From an uncultured delta proteobacterium (GTDB lineage: Bacteria; Myxococcota; Myxococcia; Myxococcales; Anaeromyxobacteraceae), in the NCBI GenBank assembly GCA_963766715.1, contig CAVYBH010000013.1, positions 291,166 to 355,165 of the forward strand: a DNA stretch of 64,000 nucleotides, written 5' to 3'. Under the pieces are notes generated by a model. The model had not been told where the DNA came from. It saw nothing but the letters and a program-made list of their open reading frames with translations, and did no database searches. The translations under genes were made by a program, and so were the position numbers. Below, in pieces: positions 1 through 10,283 of this stretch. Each line of letters begins with the position of its first letter. The stretch's first letter is position 1.

Positions 1-118
1 GATGCACGCCGGGTCCCCGGTGGCGGCGCACGGGCGCGGCCCGGGGCGTCGCCTGGTCATGGGCCGGGTGCTCACCTCCGACGCGTTCCTGGCCCTCGTC
101 CAGGCCCGGGCCCGCTGA
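1..118 (+). CDS. 3' end of an upstream gene (partial, unknown product)
   Basis: GC3-rich frame ...VMGRVLTSDAFLALVQARAR ends at TGA 116-118; truncated by the window edge. Confidence 0.3.
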   Translation, partial: MHAGSPVAAHGRGPGRRLVMGRVLTSDAFLALVQARAR

Positions 119-167
119 CGTTTCACGGGAGTGGTGCCCGACCCTCGCCGGTGTTATACCGCCGCCC

Positions 168-416
168 ATGAGACTCGGATTCGGCGAGATCGCCATCATC
201 CTCATCATCGCCCTGCTCATCTTCGGGCCGAAGAAGCTCCCCCAGCTCGGCGAGGCGCTCGGCAAGGGGATCCGGAACTTCAAGAAGTCCGCGGAGGGTC
301 CGGACGAGGCTCCGCCCGCCAAGGAGACCCCGGCGACCGAGCTTCCGGCTCACGCCCAGGGAGCCCAGACGCCGGCCTCCCAGCAGACGGTGACGAGCGA
401 GCGGAAGCCGTCCTAG
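168..416 (+). CDS. tatA: Twin-arginine translocase TatA/TatE family subunit
   Basis: MRLGFGEIAIILIIALLIFGPKKLPQLGEALGKGIRNFKK: TM helix, FG hinge and amphipathic helix typical of TatA. Confidence 0.92.
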   Translation: MRLGFGEIAIILIIALLIFGPKKLPQLGEALGKGIRNFKKSAEGPDEAPPAKETPATELPAHAQGAQTPASQQTVTSERKPS

Positions 417-442
417 CAGCCCTGGCACCCGAGCCGTCGCCC

Positions 443-480
443 GAAGGCCCGCGCAAGCTCGCGCGGGCCTTTCGCTTTTC
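443..480 (+). terminator. Probable intrinsic terminator after tatA
   Basis: Hairpin AAGGCCCGCGC-aagctc-GCGCGGGCCTT followed by TCGCTTTTC. Confidence 0.65.
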
Positions 481-553
481 CGGGACCGCAACCGGCCGAG
501 CGCCCCGGGTTGAAGGAAGCATTCCGATTGGGCTCGATGCCCGGAGGTCTCAC

Positions 554-1796
554 ATGAAGCTTCGCACCCTGCTCCTCGCCGCTCCCCTCGCCGTCGTCCT
601 GGCGTGCGGCGGCTCCACCTCGACGGGCTCCGGCAGCGCGAACCTGAACGCCGCCACCCCGAGCTACTCCGCCATCTCCCTCGACCAGACCACCGCGGAC
701 ACCACCCCGCCCGCCACCACCCTCGTCGCCCCCATGACCGCCACGCAGATGGCGGGTCCGGGCGGCGGCTGCCACCCGCACCTCTTCATGCGCGAGCGCG
801 AGGTGGTGGAGCGGGTGAACCGGCACATCTACAAGGTGCTCCGGAAGGTCGAGAAGCTCATCGCCACGAACCCCGTCGACGAGACGACCACCTCCAAGAC
901 CTGGACGAAGACCGAGTCGGGCGTCGACGTCTCCTTCACCATCCGGCTCGTCTCCCCCAGCGTCTACAGCTGGGAGCTCGACGCCGGGCCCGACGGGCGT
1001 CACGCCGCTGCCGGTCGTCATGACCGGCGAGATCGACCGCAACGGCTACACCGGCGAGCACCAGGGCAAGGGCACGATGCAGGTCGACTTCGCCAAGCTC
1101 GCCGCCGCCTTCCCGGCCGACCACGTCTCCGGCGGGACCATCGAGGTCCAGTTCGACGTGTCCGGGACCTCCCGCAAGATCACCGTGGTGGCCGACCAGG
1201 TCACCTGGGAGCTCGACGCCTCGCACTTCGACGGCGGCATGATCCCGAGCGGACTCACCCAGCCCCGCAGCGGCGCGTACGTCTACTTCCGCGAGCCCGG
1301 CAAGGGCGGCAGCCTGAAGATCCAGGACGAGATGTCCTTCGCCTGCGGCATGGACCCGCGCATCACCAACGCCGCCCTGGTCCCCGCCAACGCCCAGATG
1401 ATCTCCCGCTGGTTCAAGGCGGCCGACGGGACCATCCACGGCCGCAGCGACGGGCTCGTCACCGGCGGGCAGCTCACCGGCACGAACGTCGCGAGCATCG
1501 TCGGCGTCACCTGCCACGACGCCTCTGCCGAGCAGCACATGCCGACCGAGGGGTTCTGGCTCATGAAGGCCGAGGACGCCGCAGGCGCCACGATCGTCGG
1601 CGCCTCCAGCACCAGCATGATGGACCCCACCGCCGCGGCCGCCCCGTGCGACGCGGCCTTCGGCGACGTGCCCGTCCTGGCCGACGACTCGAAGGACTTC
1701 ACCGGCTGGCCGCCGCCGCCCGTCGGGCTCGGCGCCGGCCACGTCGATCAACCCTTCTACTCGGACAACGTCCCGTACCCGTTCCCGGGCATGTAG
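554..1796 (+). CDS. Hypothetical lipoprotein (frameshift near 990-1020)
   Basis: GGAGG SD, then MKLRTLLLAAPLAVVLAC-GG lipobox; continues in ORF 1020..1796 after an indel. Confidence 0.7.
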
Positions 1797-1819
1797 CGCA
1801 GCGCCCCTGGGGGGCGTCG

Positions 1820-1853
1820 AAAGAGGCCTCCGGATCCGTCCGGGGGCCTCTTT
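1820..1853. terminator. Bidirectional intrinsic terminator between convergent genes
   Basis: AAAGAGGCCTCCGGA-tccg-TCCGGGGGCCTCTTT stem with A and T flanks. Confidence 0.8.
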
Positions 1854-1869
1854 CATTTCCGGGGGCCGC

Positions 1870-2655
1870 TCAGGACGCCGGGGGCGCCGCGGGGGGCAGG
1901 GCCAGCCGCCGCCCCTCTTCCGAAAGCTGGGGCGGGTGGGAGAGCCCCATTCGCGCGAGCCGGTACTGGAGCGCCGTGCCGAGCACGCCGAAGCCGTAGG
2001 TGACGCTGCGGCGGAAGTTGATCGACGAGGCCTCGGTGAAGTAGCGGGTCGGGCAGGTGAGCTCGCCGATGTCGAAGCCGAACCAGAGCGCCTGGGCCAG
2101 CATCTGGTTGTCGAAGACGAAGTCGTCCGAGTTCTCCTCGAGCGGCAGGCGCTCGAGCAGGCGCCGGGAGAAGGCCCGGTAGCCGGTGTGGTACTCGGAG
2201 AGCTTGTAGCCGAGCAGCAGGTTCTCGGAGAGGGTCAGGAAGCGGTTCGCCACGTACTTCCAGAGCGGCATCCCGCCCCGCCTGGCGCCGGTGCCGAGGA
2301 TGCGCGAGCCGAGCACCGCGTCGAAGTGGCCGCTCGCCACCATGCCGGCCATCGCCGCGAGCAGCCGGGGCGAGTACTGGTAGTCCGGGTGGACCATGAC
2401 CACGATGTCGGCGCCGCGCGCCAGCGCCTCGGTGTAGCAGGTCTTCTGGTTGCCGCCGTAGCCGCGGTTCCGCGGGTGGACCACCACGTGGAGCCCGAGC
2501 CGCCGGCCGATCTCCGACGTGTCGTCGTGGCTGGCGTCGTCGACGACGATGATGTCGTCGGCGACGTCGCGGTCGATCTCCTGGACCGTCTTCTCGAGCG
2601 TCTTCTCGGCGTTGTAGGCCGGCATGACGACGCAGACGCGCTTCCCGCCAATCAT
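1870..2655 (-). CDS. Glycosyltransferase family 2 (DPM1-like)
   Basis: [17 protein letters not shown] and NRGYGGNQK motifs. Confidence 0.9.
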   Translation of the reverse strand: MIGGKRVCVVMPAYNAEKTLEKTVQEIDRDVADDIIVVDDASHDDTSEIGRRLGLHVVVHPRNRGYGGNQKTCYTEALARGADIVVMVHPDYQYSPRLLAAMAGMVASGHFDAVLGSRILGTGARRGGMPLWKYVANRFLTLSENLLLGYKLSEYHTGYRAFSRRLLERLPLEENSDDFVFDNQMLAQALWFGFDIGELTCPTRYFTEASSINFRRSVTYGFGVLGTALQYRLARMGLSHPPQLSEEGRRLALPPAAPPAS

Positions 2656-2787
2656 CGCTCCCCCTCCAGCTGGCGGCGCCCTCCGCGGCGCTGCCGGAAC
2701 GGGACGATTAGCATGGAATCCCGGGGAACACCGTCCGGGCCGCGACCCCTCCCCTCCGGAACCGCTCCGGAGTAGGCTGCGCCGGCG

Positions 2788-3770
2788 ATGGCGACACCAG
2801 CGGACGACGTCCAGGAGCCCTTGCCGACACCCGGCCGATCGCCAGTCGACGGTCTTCTCCGCGCGCGACTACGTCACCGGCGACGCCTTCGAGATCCGGC
2901 GCTGCGCGGACTGCGGCCTGGCCTTCACCGTCCCTCCCCCGCCGCCCTCCGAGATGGGGCGCTACTACCCCGACGCCTACTACGGCGACGCGGGGGAGAA
3001 GCGCTTCGTCGGACCGGTGGAGGGGATGCAGCGGGCCCTCTACGGCTCGCGGGCGCGTCGCGTCGAGGAGGCGGCGGGCGGCGCCCCGGGTCGCGTGCTC
3101 GACGTGGGGTGCGGCCGCGGCTTCCTGCTCGACGCCTTCCGCCGGCGCGGCTGGACCGTGGAGGGGACGGAGATGTCGCTCGCGTCCTCGGCCCACGCCC
3201 GCGAGGTCCTGGGCATCCAGGTCCACGTCGGGACCCTCGAGTCCCTGGCCCTCCCCGGCGGTTCCTTCGACGCGGTCACCCTCTGGCACGTGCTCGAGCA
3301 CGTGACCGACCCCGGATCGCTCCTGGGCGAGATCGCGCGGCTCTTGCGGCCGGGAGGCGTGCTGCTCGTGAGCGTCCCCAACTTCGGGAGCCCCGAGGCG
3401 CGCCTCACCGGGCCCGGGTGGTTCCACCTCGACGCGCCTCGCCACCTGGTCCACTTCACGCCCGGCGTCGCTCGCCCGCGTGCTGGACCTGGCCGGGTTC
3501 GAGAGCCTCCAGTCCCGCTTCTTCGCGCCCGAGTTCGACGCCTTCAGCTTCGTCCAGTCGACGCTGAACCGGATGGGGCTGCGCCAGAACGCCCTCTACG
3601 ACACGCTCCGCGGGCGCGCGGCCAAGCTGGGCGCGGGCGGTGGGCGGGCGAGCGCGGCGGCGTCCGTGCTGCTCGCCGCGCCGCTCGGGATCCTGTCCGT
3701 CCCCGTCACCCTCGCCGCCGGCCTCGCCGGAGCGGGCTCGACGCTGACGGTGCTGGCGCGGCGCCAGTGA
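2788..3770 (+). CDS. Class I SAM-dependent methyltransferase with N-terminal Zn-ribbon-like segment (frameshifted)
   Basis: [37 protein letters not shown]-terminus continues in ORF 3480..3770. Confidence 0.8.
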
Positions 3771-3774
3771 CCGA

Positions 3775-4637
3775 TCAGCCCGCGGTTCCGTGCCCGGAGC
3801 CGCGCGTGTAGTCGTACTCCGAGCCGAAGATGCTGTGCGGGATGAAGTACACGGTCAGTGTCACGACCGTCGCGGCGAGGACGGCGGCTCGCACGGCTCG
3901 CGGGGCGCTTGCTCGAGAGCGCGACGGCCGCGGCGCCGAGCCAGGCCAGCAGCTCCACCAGCACCTTGTTGTCGGTCCAGTCGTAGCCGAAGGGCACGCC
4001 CGACCACCAGACGCCGAAGGCGTACCACTGCACGATGGGGCCGAGCACGAACGCGCCCAGGACCAGCGAGCCGATGGTGGCCCAGAGCAGCGGGCGGACC
4101 TCGCCGCCCAGCAACGCCTGCATCCCGGTGCGGATGGCCAGCATCATGGAGAGGAAGACCACCAGGATGTGGACGAGGAGGACGGCCCGCGGCACGGGCG
4201 CCTTGTAGCGCGCGTACACCGGCCGATCGCCGGTGACCGAGCGCGGCCCCGTCCCGTCGTCGACGAGCACGAGGTACTCGTACTTCCCGGCTCGCTCGGG
4301 CAAGCGACGGCAGCTCGGCCCCCATGCCGCGCACCTCCTCGACGCTGCCCCGCCGGGCGAAGCGGAACGTTCCCGGGGCCATCTCCTTCTCGCTCCAGCC
4401 GTCGTTCGACTTGTAGCGGCGGTAGCGGACCTTGGCGGACACGCCGGCGGGCACCGGGTCGCGGAGCATGACCTGGAGCCCCGTCCCAATCTCCTCGCTG
4501 CGGAGGAACTTGAACGCGACCTCCCCGCGAGCGGTCGGGAAGGCTCCCTCCAGCGGATAGGTCGGGCCGGTGCGGTTCTGGAAGGCGAAGCAGGCGAGCG
4601 TGAGGGCCGCGGCGGCGACCCAGGGCAGGATGCGCAT
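3775..4637 (-). CDS. Hypothetical membrane protein (frameshifted)
   Basis: MRILPWVAAAALTLAC...RTGPTYP; C-terminal TM helices with GPIVQWYAFG..W.G.PFGYDWTDNK in ORF 3596..4489. Confidence 0.65.
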
Positions 4638-4657
4638 GGTGTCCAGGTCCCCCGACG

Positions 4658-6472
4658 CTACTTGCGCTCCGCGAGCGTGATCGAGACCACCGTGATCTTC
4701 CCGTCGCGCGCGTACTCGAGCTCGACCACGTCGCCCGGCCGGTGTCCGGTGAGCGCGTACTGGAGGTCCTGCAGGTTCAGGATCTTCTTCGCCCCGAGCC
4801 GCAGGACGACGTCGCCGGCGCCGAGGCCGGCCTTCTGGGCCGGGCTCCCGGGGATGACGCCGGTCAGCAGGACGCCCGGGTCCTTGCGCTCGGAGAAGTC
4901 GGGAATGGTCCCGAGCGAGGGGCGGGCGCCGCGCCCCCCTCCCCCGCCCGAGGGCTTCTCCTGCGCGACGCGCGTCACCTCCAGGCGGGTGGGCCAATCG
5001 GCGGCGTCGTGCGCCGCGCGCCAGGCCAGCCGCGCCGCCTCGGCCAGGCCCACCGGATCGATCTTGTCGGCGGTGTCGCTCGGGCGGTGGTAGTCGGTGT
5101 GGGCGCCGTTGAACAGGTAGAGGACCGGGACGTCCTTCGCGTAGAAGCTGGTGTTGTCCGAGGAGCCGAACCCGTCGCCGCCCACCTCGACGCGGAGCGC
5201 GATGGGCGGGTCCCGATCGGCCTGCTCGCGGAGCAGCGCGCGCATCCCCTTGGCCGTGTCCACCCCGTGCACGTAGAGCTTCCCCTGCTGCGGGCGCCCC
5301 ACCATGTCGAGGTTCACCATGAGTTGCATGCGATCGACCGGGCAGCCCGCCGGCGGGTTCTTCACGAAGAAGGCCGAGCCCAGGACGCCCAGCTCCTCCC
5401 CGGAGAAGGCCGCGAAGACGACGGTCCTTCGCGGCGGCGCCTCGGCCGCGAAGGCGCGGGCCACCTCCAGCATGGCCGCCGTGCCGGACGCGTTGTCGTC
5501 CGCGCCCAGGTGGGCCTGGCCAATCTGGTCCGGGGACGCCGAGTTCTCGCCGCCGAAGCCCAGGTGGTCGTAGTGGGCCCCGACCACCACGCACTCGCCG
5601 GCCACGGCGGGGTCGGAGCCTGGCAGCTTGCCGACCACGTTGGCGGTCCAGGCCTTGTCGTGCGCCACCGCCACGGCCATCGCGGCCTTCACGCCCAGGG
5701 GCCGGGAGTGAGGCTTCAGGTCGGCGGCGATGGGGGCCGCCAGCGCCGCGGCGTCGATGCCGGCCGATTTCAGCGCCTCGAGCGTGACGCGGGCGGCGAC
5801 GAGCCCGGCCCGCGAGCTGGGCGAACCCTTCCAGGGGGGGATCGCGTCCTTGTCCGGGTGGTTCCAGTCGTCCCGCACGGCGAGGACCGCGGCCGCCCCG
5901 TGATCGCGGGCGTTCGTCACCTTGTAGCGCCACTCCCCGTAGCGCTGGTGGCGGGGATCGCGGAACGGGGAGGCCGGATCGCTCTCCCTGGGGAAGTCCT
6001 GGGCGAGCAGCACCACCTTCCCCTTCACGTCAATCCCTGCGTAGTCGTCGTAGGCCAGCTCGGGCGCGGTGATCCCGTAGCCCGCGAAGACCATCTCCCC
6101 TTCGGCCTTGCCGTCGTCGCTGAAGGTGAAGGGCTGCCAGTCCACCGAGAGGCGCTCCTCCTTTCCCGCCAGCGAAAGCGAGTTGCCCTCGAGCAGCCGG
6201 GCGCCCACCGGCGCCTCGAAGGCCTGCCGGTAGCCCTCCAGGCCGGCCGGTGCGAGCCCGATCCCCTTCATCTGGAGCTCGATCCAGCCGGCCGCCTGGT
6301 CGATGCCCGGGGTGCCCACGCCACGCCCGGTCCGGGCGGGGTCGGCGAGCCACGTGACGTCGGCCTTGGCGCGGGCGCCGTCGAACCTCGGATCGGGCGG
6401 GGTGGGGATGGGGCGCGCCGGGGCGCAGGAGGCGAGAGCGGCAGCGAGGGCGAGGAAGGTCGGGCGTCGCAT
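4658..6472 (-). CDS. M28 family metallopeptidase lipoprotein with PA and C-terminal PDZ domains
   Basis: Lipobox LASC; GAHYDHLG, GADDNASG, SGEELG, NLDMVG, DYHRPSD; LGTIPD...GSPAQKAGL..GD PDZ. Confidence 0.92.
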   Translation of the reverse strand: MRRPTFLALAAALASCAPARPIPTPPDPRFDGARAKADVTWLADPARTGRGVGTPGIDQAAGWIELQMKGIGLAPAGLEGYRQAFEAPVGARLLEGNSLSLAGKEERLSVDWQPFTFSDDGKAEGEMVFAGYGITAPELAYDDYAGIDVKGKVVLLAQDFPRESDPASPFRDPRHQRYGEWRYKVTNARDHGAAAVLAVRDDWNHPDKDAIPPWKGSPSSRAGLVAARVTLEALKSAGIDAAALAAPIAADLKPHSRPLGVKAAMAVAVAHDKAWTANVVGKLPGSDPAVAGECVVVGAHYDHLGFGGENSASPDQIGQAHLGADDNASGTAAMLEVARAFAAEAPPRRTVVFAAFSGEELGVLGSAFFVKNPPAGCPVDRMQLMVNLDMVGRPQQGKLYVHGVDTAKGMRALLREQADRDPPIALRVEVGGDGFGSSDNTSFYAKDVPVLYLFNGAHTDYHRPSDTADKIDPVGLAEAARLAWRAAHDAADWPTRLEVTRVAQEKPSGGGGGRGARPSLGTIPDFSERKDPGVLLTGVIPGSPAQKAGLGAGDVVLRLGAKKILNLQDLQYALTGHRPGDVVELEYARDGKITVVSITLAERK

Positions 6473-6613
6473 CCGGCGAACTCTAGCCTGCATGGAACAA
6501 TCCATCCATGGCCGTTCGAATCGTCGACTTACTCCCCACCTGGGGTCGGCCTCGTTTCGAGGATGCCACCGGCCCCGCGGACCAGTAGCGAAGGCGCCAG
6601 AAAGGAGTGGCAC

Positions 6614-6790
6614 ATGGCACGTGAACTTCGCTGCGCGGATCTCGGAATGAAGTGCGACTGGAGCGTCAAGGCGGAGACGGACGACGAGGTGCTCCGCAAG
6701 GCCGCGGCGCACGCCGCGCAGGCTCACCATCTGACGAAGATCGAGGAGCCGATGCTGTCCAACGTGAAGAAGGCCATTCACGCGGCGTGA
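6614..6790 (+). CDS. DUF1059 family small metal-binding protein
   Basis: AAGGAG SD; MARELRCADLGMKCDWSVKAETDDEVL...HAAQAH pattern. Confidence 0.85.
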   Translation: MARELRCADLGMKCDWSVKAETDDEVLRKAAAHAAQAHHLTKIEEPMLSNVKKAIHAA

Positions 6791-6835
6791 CGTCCCGCGA
6801 GGGGGGACGGGCGATACCGCCTGCCCGCCCCCCCG

Positions 6836-7264
6836 GTGGCAGACATCTGGCGGAGTGACGGGCGGTCTGTCAGACTGCGTCCCGTGGTCATGGACTTGCT
6901 CCGAACGGGGTGGTCGGCCCCACGGGTTGCGCAGATGGTGCCCCAGCGTCCGCCCTACCGGCGCGTCCAGGCGCCCAGCGTGCACCGACCCACCTCTTGG
7001 TTCGCCCAGGGCCTGCCGCGAGAGAGCCGCGAGCCGGCGCTCGGCGGCATCCGCTCCTACTCCGACGAGGTCCTGAAGGCCGGACGCCTGCTGGAGATGG
7101 ACGTCTTCCTCGCGGACGGCGCCCCGGTGACCGCGCTCGTCGAGGTCGAGTGGTGCGACCCGCTCCCCTCCGGAGCCCCGGCCCGCTTCGACGTGGGCAT
7201 GAAATGGGTCCAGGTGGCGCGAAGCGATCTCGAACGGCTCGGACCGGTCCTCGCCCGGCCCTGA
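6836..7264 (+). CDS. PilZ-like domain protein
   Basis: R..RV.AP...LGGIR.YSD...L..D.F....VTALVEV.W...DVGMKW resembles a PilZ barrel; start uncertain. Confidence 0.55.
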   Translation: MADIWRSDGRSVRLRPVVMDLLRTGWSAPRVAQMVPQRPPYRRVQAPSVHRPTSWFAQGLPRESREPALGGIRSYSDEVLKAGRLLEMDVFLADGAPVTALVEVEWCDPLPSGAPARFDVGMKWVQVARSDLERLGPVLARP

Positions 7265-7283
7265 GTCGGCTTCTCACCGACCC

Positions 7284-9002
7284 TCATTCCCGGCGGAGGC
7301 GTCTGGCCGCTTCTGGATCGAGACGCTCCACCTGGCGAAGTGCGTCGGCAGCAGCGGCGCCGTCCCCCGCCGCCGAACGCGCGATGGCGAGGTTCGCCCA
7401 GAACCGCGCGCTGGCCGGCTGGAGCGCCACGGCCTTCTCGAGCGCCTGGACGGCAAGGACGGGCTGGCCCAGGTTCCCGAGCGCGGTGCCCAGGTTGTAC
7501 CAGGCGTCCGCGTAGCCTGGATCGAGCTGCACCGCCTGCTGGAATCGAGGAACCGCATCGGCGACCCGGCCGAGCTGGCCGAGCGCCACGCCGAGCCCGT
7601 TCCAGGCCACTGCGTTGCCGGGCCGGATGGCGAGAGAACGGGAAAGCGCCTCCACCGCCTCGGCCGGTCGCCCGGACTCGGAGAGCGCGTCTCCCAGCCC
7701 GGCCCAGGCCTGCCAGTTGTCGGTCGTCACGGCGAGCGCGCGCCGCCACACGGCCTCGGAATCACGCCAGGAGTGCACCTGGTTGCTCGCCACGACGCCC
7801 AGGACGCCGACGAGGGCCACGGCGGTCGCGGCTCCGACCGTGCGCGCGATCCGGGAGACTTCGAGGAAGGACGCGGCGAGCCAGGTGACGGCGACCAGGA
7901 TTCCGATGGACGGGATGTAGGCGTACCGATCGGCGTGCGACTGCACGCCCACCTGGACGATCCCGATGACCGGGACGAGGGTGCCCAGGAACCAGAACCA
8001 TCCCCAGGCGAGGTACGGGCGGCCCTGCCTCGTCCGGATCGCGATCCAGGTCGAGCCCGAGAACCAGGGCGCCCGACGCAGCGACGATCCACGGCGCCAG
8101 TCCACTTCCGGTGAGGGTGGGATGCGGGTAGAGGGCCGCGAGGCCGGACGGCCAGAAGGTCTTCCCGAGGTAGATCGTGCAGGAGACAAAGGCGTTCGCG
8201 ATCCGATCGCCCATGGGAATCGCATCGAGGCGGGCTGCCGCCGAGCCCCGCTGTGCCACCCAGGTCACCACGGCCGAGCCGAGGGAGAGGAGGAAGAGAG
8301 GCGCCTTCTCGCGCAACAGGGGGACGATCCGTCGAACGTCGAACGGATCGTCGGGCCGGAGCCCGCCAAGCCTTCCCATCGGCCACGCGTCCACGAGAAG
8401 CAGCGCGAACGGGAGCGTGATCACCATCGGCTTGGACAGGAGCCCCAGGGCGAAGGCCAGGACGACCGCGAGGTACCGGAAGGCGCCCCTTCGCCTCACC
8501 CAGCCGACGTAGGCGAAGAGCGCGAGCAGCCAGAAGAGCGTGGAGAGGACGTCCTTGCGTTCCGACACCCAGGCCACGGACTCCACGTGGAGCGGGTGCA
8601 CCGCGAAGAGCGCTCCCACCGCGGCGCTTCGCCAGACGAGCCGGTCGCCATCCGCAGCCAGGCGAAGAGCAGCACCGAGTCGAGCGCGTGGATCAGCACC
8701 GAGACGAGGTGGTGCTTCCCCGCGTCGAGGCCGAAGAGCTCGACGTCGGCCATGTGGGAGAGCCAGGTGAGCGGGTGCCAGTTGGATCCGTGGACCGAGG
8801 TGAAGGCCCACGCGATCCCGTCCCAGGAGAGTCCCCCGGAGCACCATCGGGTTGGCGTAGACGTAGGTCTGGTCGTCCAGGTTGACGAAGCCGAACCCCA
8901 GCGCTGCCCGGTACACCCAGAGCGCGATCCCAAGATGACCACCCCGGTGGCGATCGCTAACCAGGGGTTCCCCGGTCTCGTCCGTGGCTCGAGTCCCGGC
9001 AC
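7284..9002 (-). CDS. TMTC-like membrane glycosyltransferase with C-terminal TPR repeats (frameshifted)
   Basis: FVNLDDQTYV..NP, NWHPLTWLSH, HPLHVESVAWVSERKD, ADRYAYIP, then TPRs; pieces lie in ORFs 8496..9002, 7762..9189 and 7284..8225. Confidence 0.82.
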
Positions 9003-9092
9003 GTCCGGATAATCCCGGCCCCGGCGCTCCGGGTCCAGATCTTCCCTGCCCTCCTTTCCCTGGCCCGGGCCACCGTGCGATGGGTTGTCTGC

Positions 9093-10154
9093 ATGTGGTC
9101 ACCTCTCCCCGCCACCCTCCTCCTCGCCTTCCTCCTCTCGGCCTGCGCGGCCAAGCCCCTGCGCCCGGAGGCCGAGCGGCTGGCACCACTCGTCACCACG
9201 TCCATTTCCGAGGCCGGCGTCCGAGACCTGCGCCCCGCCTTCCGCTCCGCGCTCTGCGCCGAGCTCGCGAGCAATCCCGCGCACCCGTGCGACAAGGTGC
9301 TCACCCGCATGGGCGGCGAGGCGGCGGCCGACGGCCGCGTCTTCCCGCGAGCGGCCGACCTGGCCAGGAAGTACCGCATCGCCATCGTGCCGGGCTTCTT
9401 CGCCGAGTGCCTGGAGGACGACGCGCGTCCCTTCGCCGCGGCGGCCGTCGAGCTCCGCTCCCGCGGTTTCACGGTCGTCTATCTCCCCGTCACGGGCCGG
9501 GGCAGCGTGGCCACCAACGCGGCGCTCCTGGCCGAGGAGATCGCCGCGCTGCCGGACGACCCTCGTCCCCTCCTCGTCTTCGCCTACTCGAAGGGGCTCC
9601 CGGACGTGCTCGACTTCGCCGTCCGTCACCCCGAGGCGAGCCGGCGGATCGCGGCGGTCATCGGCATGGCCGGGGCGGTGAACGGCTCGCCGCTGGCCGA
9701 TCGCTACGAGGACCTCTGGCGCGCCACCATGATGAGCCTGTCCATCGGGAAGTGCGCCGCCGGCTCGGGCGAGGGCGTGCACGACCTCCGGCGCGACGTC
9801 CGCATGGCCTGGTGGAACGCGCACCGGGCGGAGATCCACCTGCCCATCTACTCGCTCGTCGCCCTGCCCGATCGCGACCGGGTCTCCGCCTCGCTCACGG
9901 CAGCCCACGTCCAGCTCGAGGACGTCGATCCGCGCAACGACGGGCAGGTGATCTGGACGGACGCCGTCGCCGCGCCCGGCGCGCTGCTCGGCTACGTGAA
10001 CGCGGATCACTGGGCGATGGCCATGAGGCTCTCCCAGGCCTTCCCGGCGCTGGCCTCCCAGTTCGTGGACGACGTTCCGCGGGGGGCGCTGCTCCAGGCC
10101 GCGATCTCCGTCGTCGCGCGCGACCTGGAGGGGCGAGCCCCCGGCGCCATGTAG
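9093..10154 (+). CDS. Alpha/beta-hydrolase fold lipoprotein
   Basis: Lipobox LSAC; AYSKG nucleophile elbow, NDGQV, ADHW. Confidence 0.75.
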   Translation: MWSPLPATLLLAFLLSACAAKPLRPEAERLAPLVTTSISEAGVRDLRPAFRSALCAELASNPAHPCDKVLTRMGGEAAADGRVFPRAADLARKYRIAIVPGFFAECLEDDARPFAAAAVELRSRGFTVVYLPVTGRGSVATNAALLAEEIAALPDDPRPLLVFAYSKGLPDVLDFAVRHPEASRRIAAVIGMAGAVNGSPLADRYEDLWRATMMSLSIGKCAAGSGEGVHDLRRDVRMAWWNAHRAEIHLPIYSLVALPDRDRVSASLTAAHVQLEDVDPRNDGQVIWTDAVAAPGALLGYVNADHWAMAMRLSQAFPALASQFVDDVPRGALLQAAISVVARDLEGRAPGAM

Positions 10155-10283
10155 GCGCGACACGCACCCCGCCGCTGCGGCAGCGCGGCCATCTGGGTGC
10201 AGCCCCGTGCAGAACTCTGAGGAGTCTCTCATCGCCGTGGGATCCTGACCGGAGCCGTCGTTCCTTGCTCCGGAGAGACCCTC

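Noticed and set aside
131..1999. Long ORF-track entries such as 131..1999, 4742..6790, 20783..23218, 29603..33370 and 50202..53453
   Set aside because: These are antisense/shadow frames or frameshift chimeras typical of high-GC DNA; the real genes lie in other frames or only in part of them
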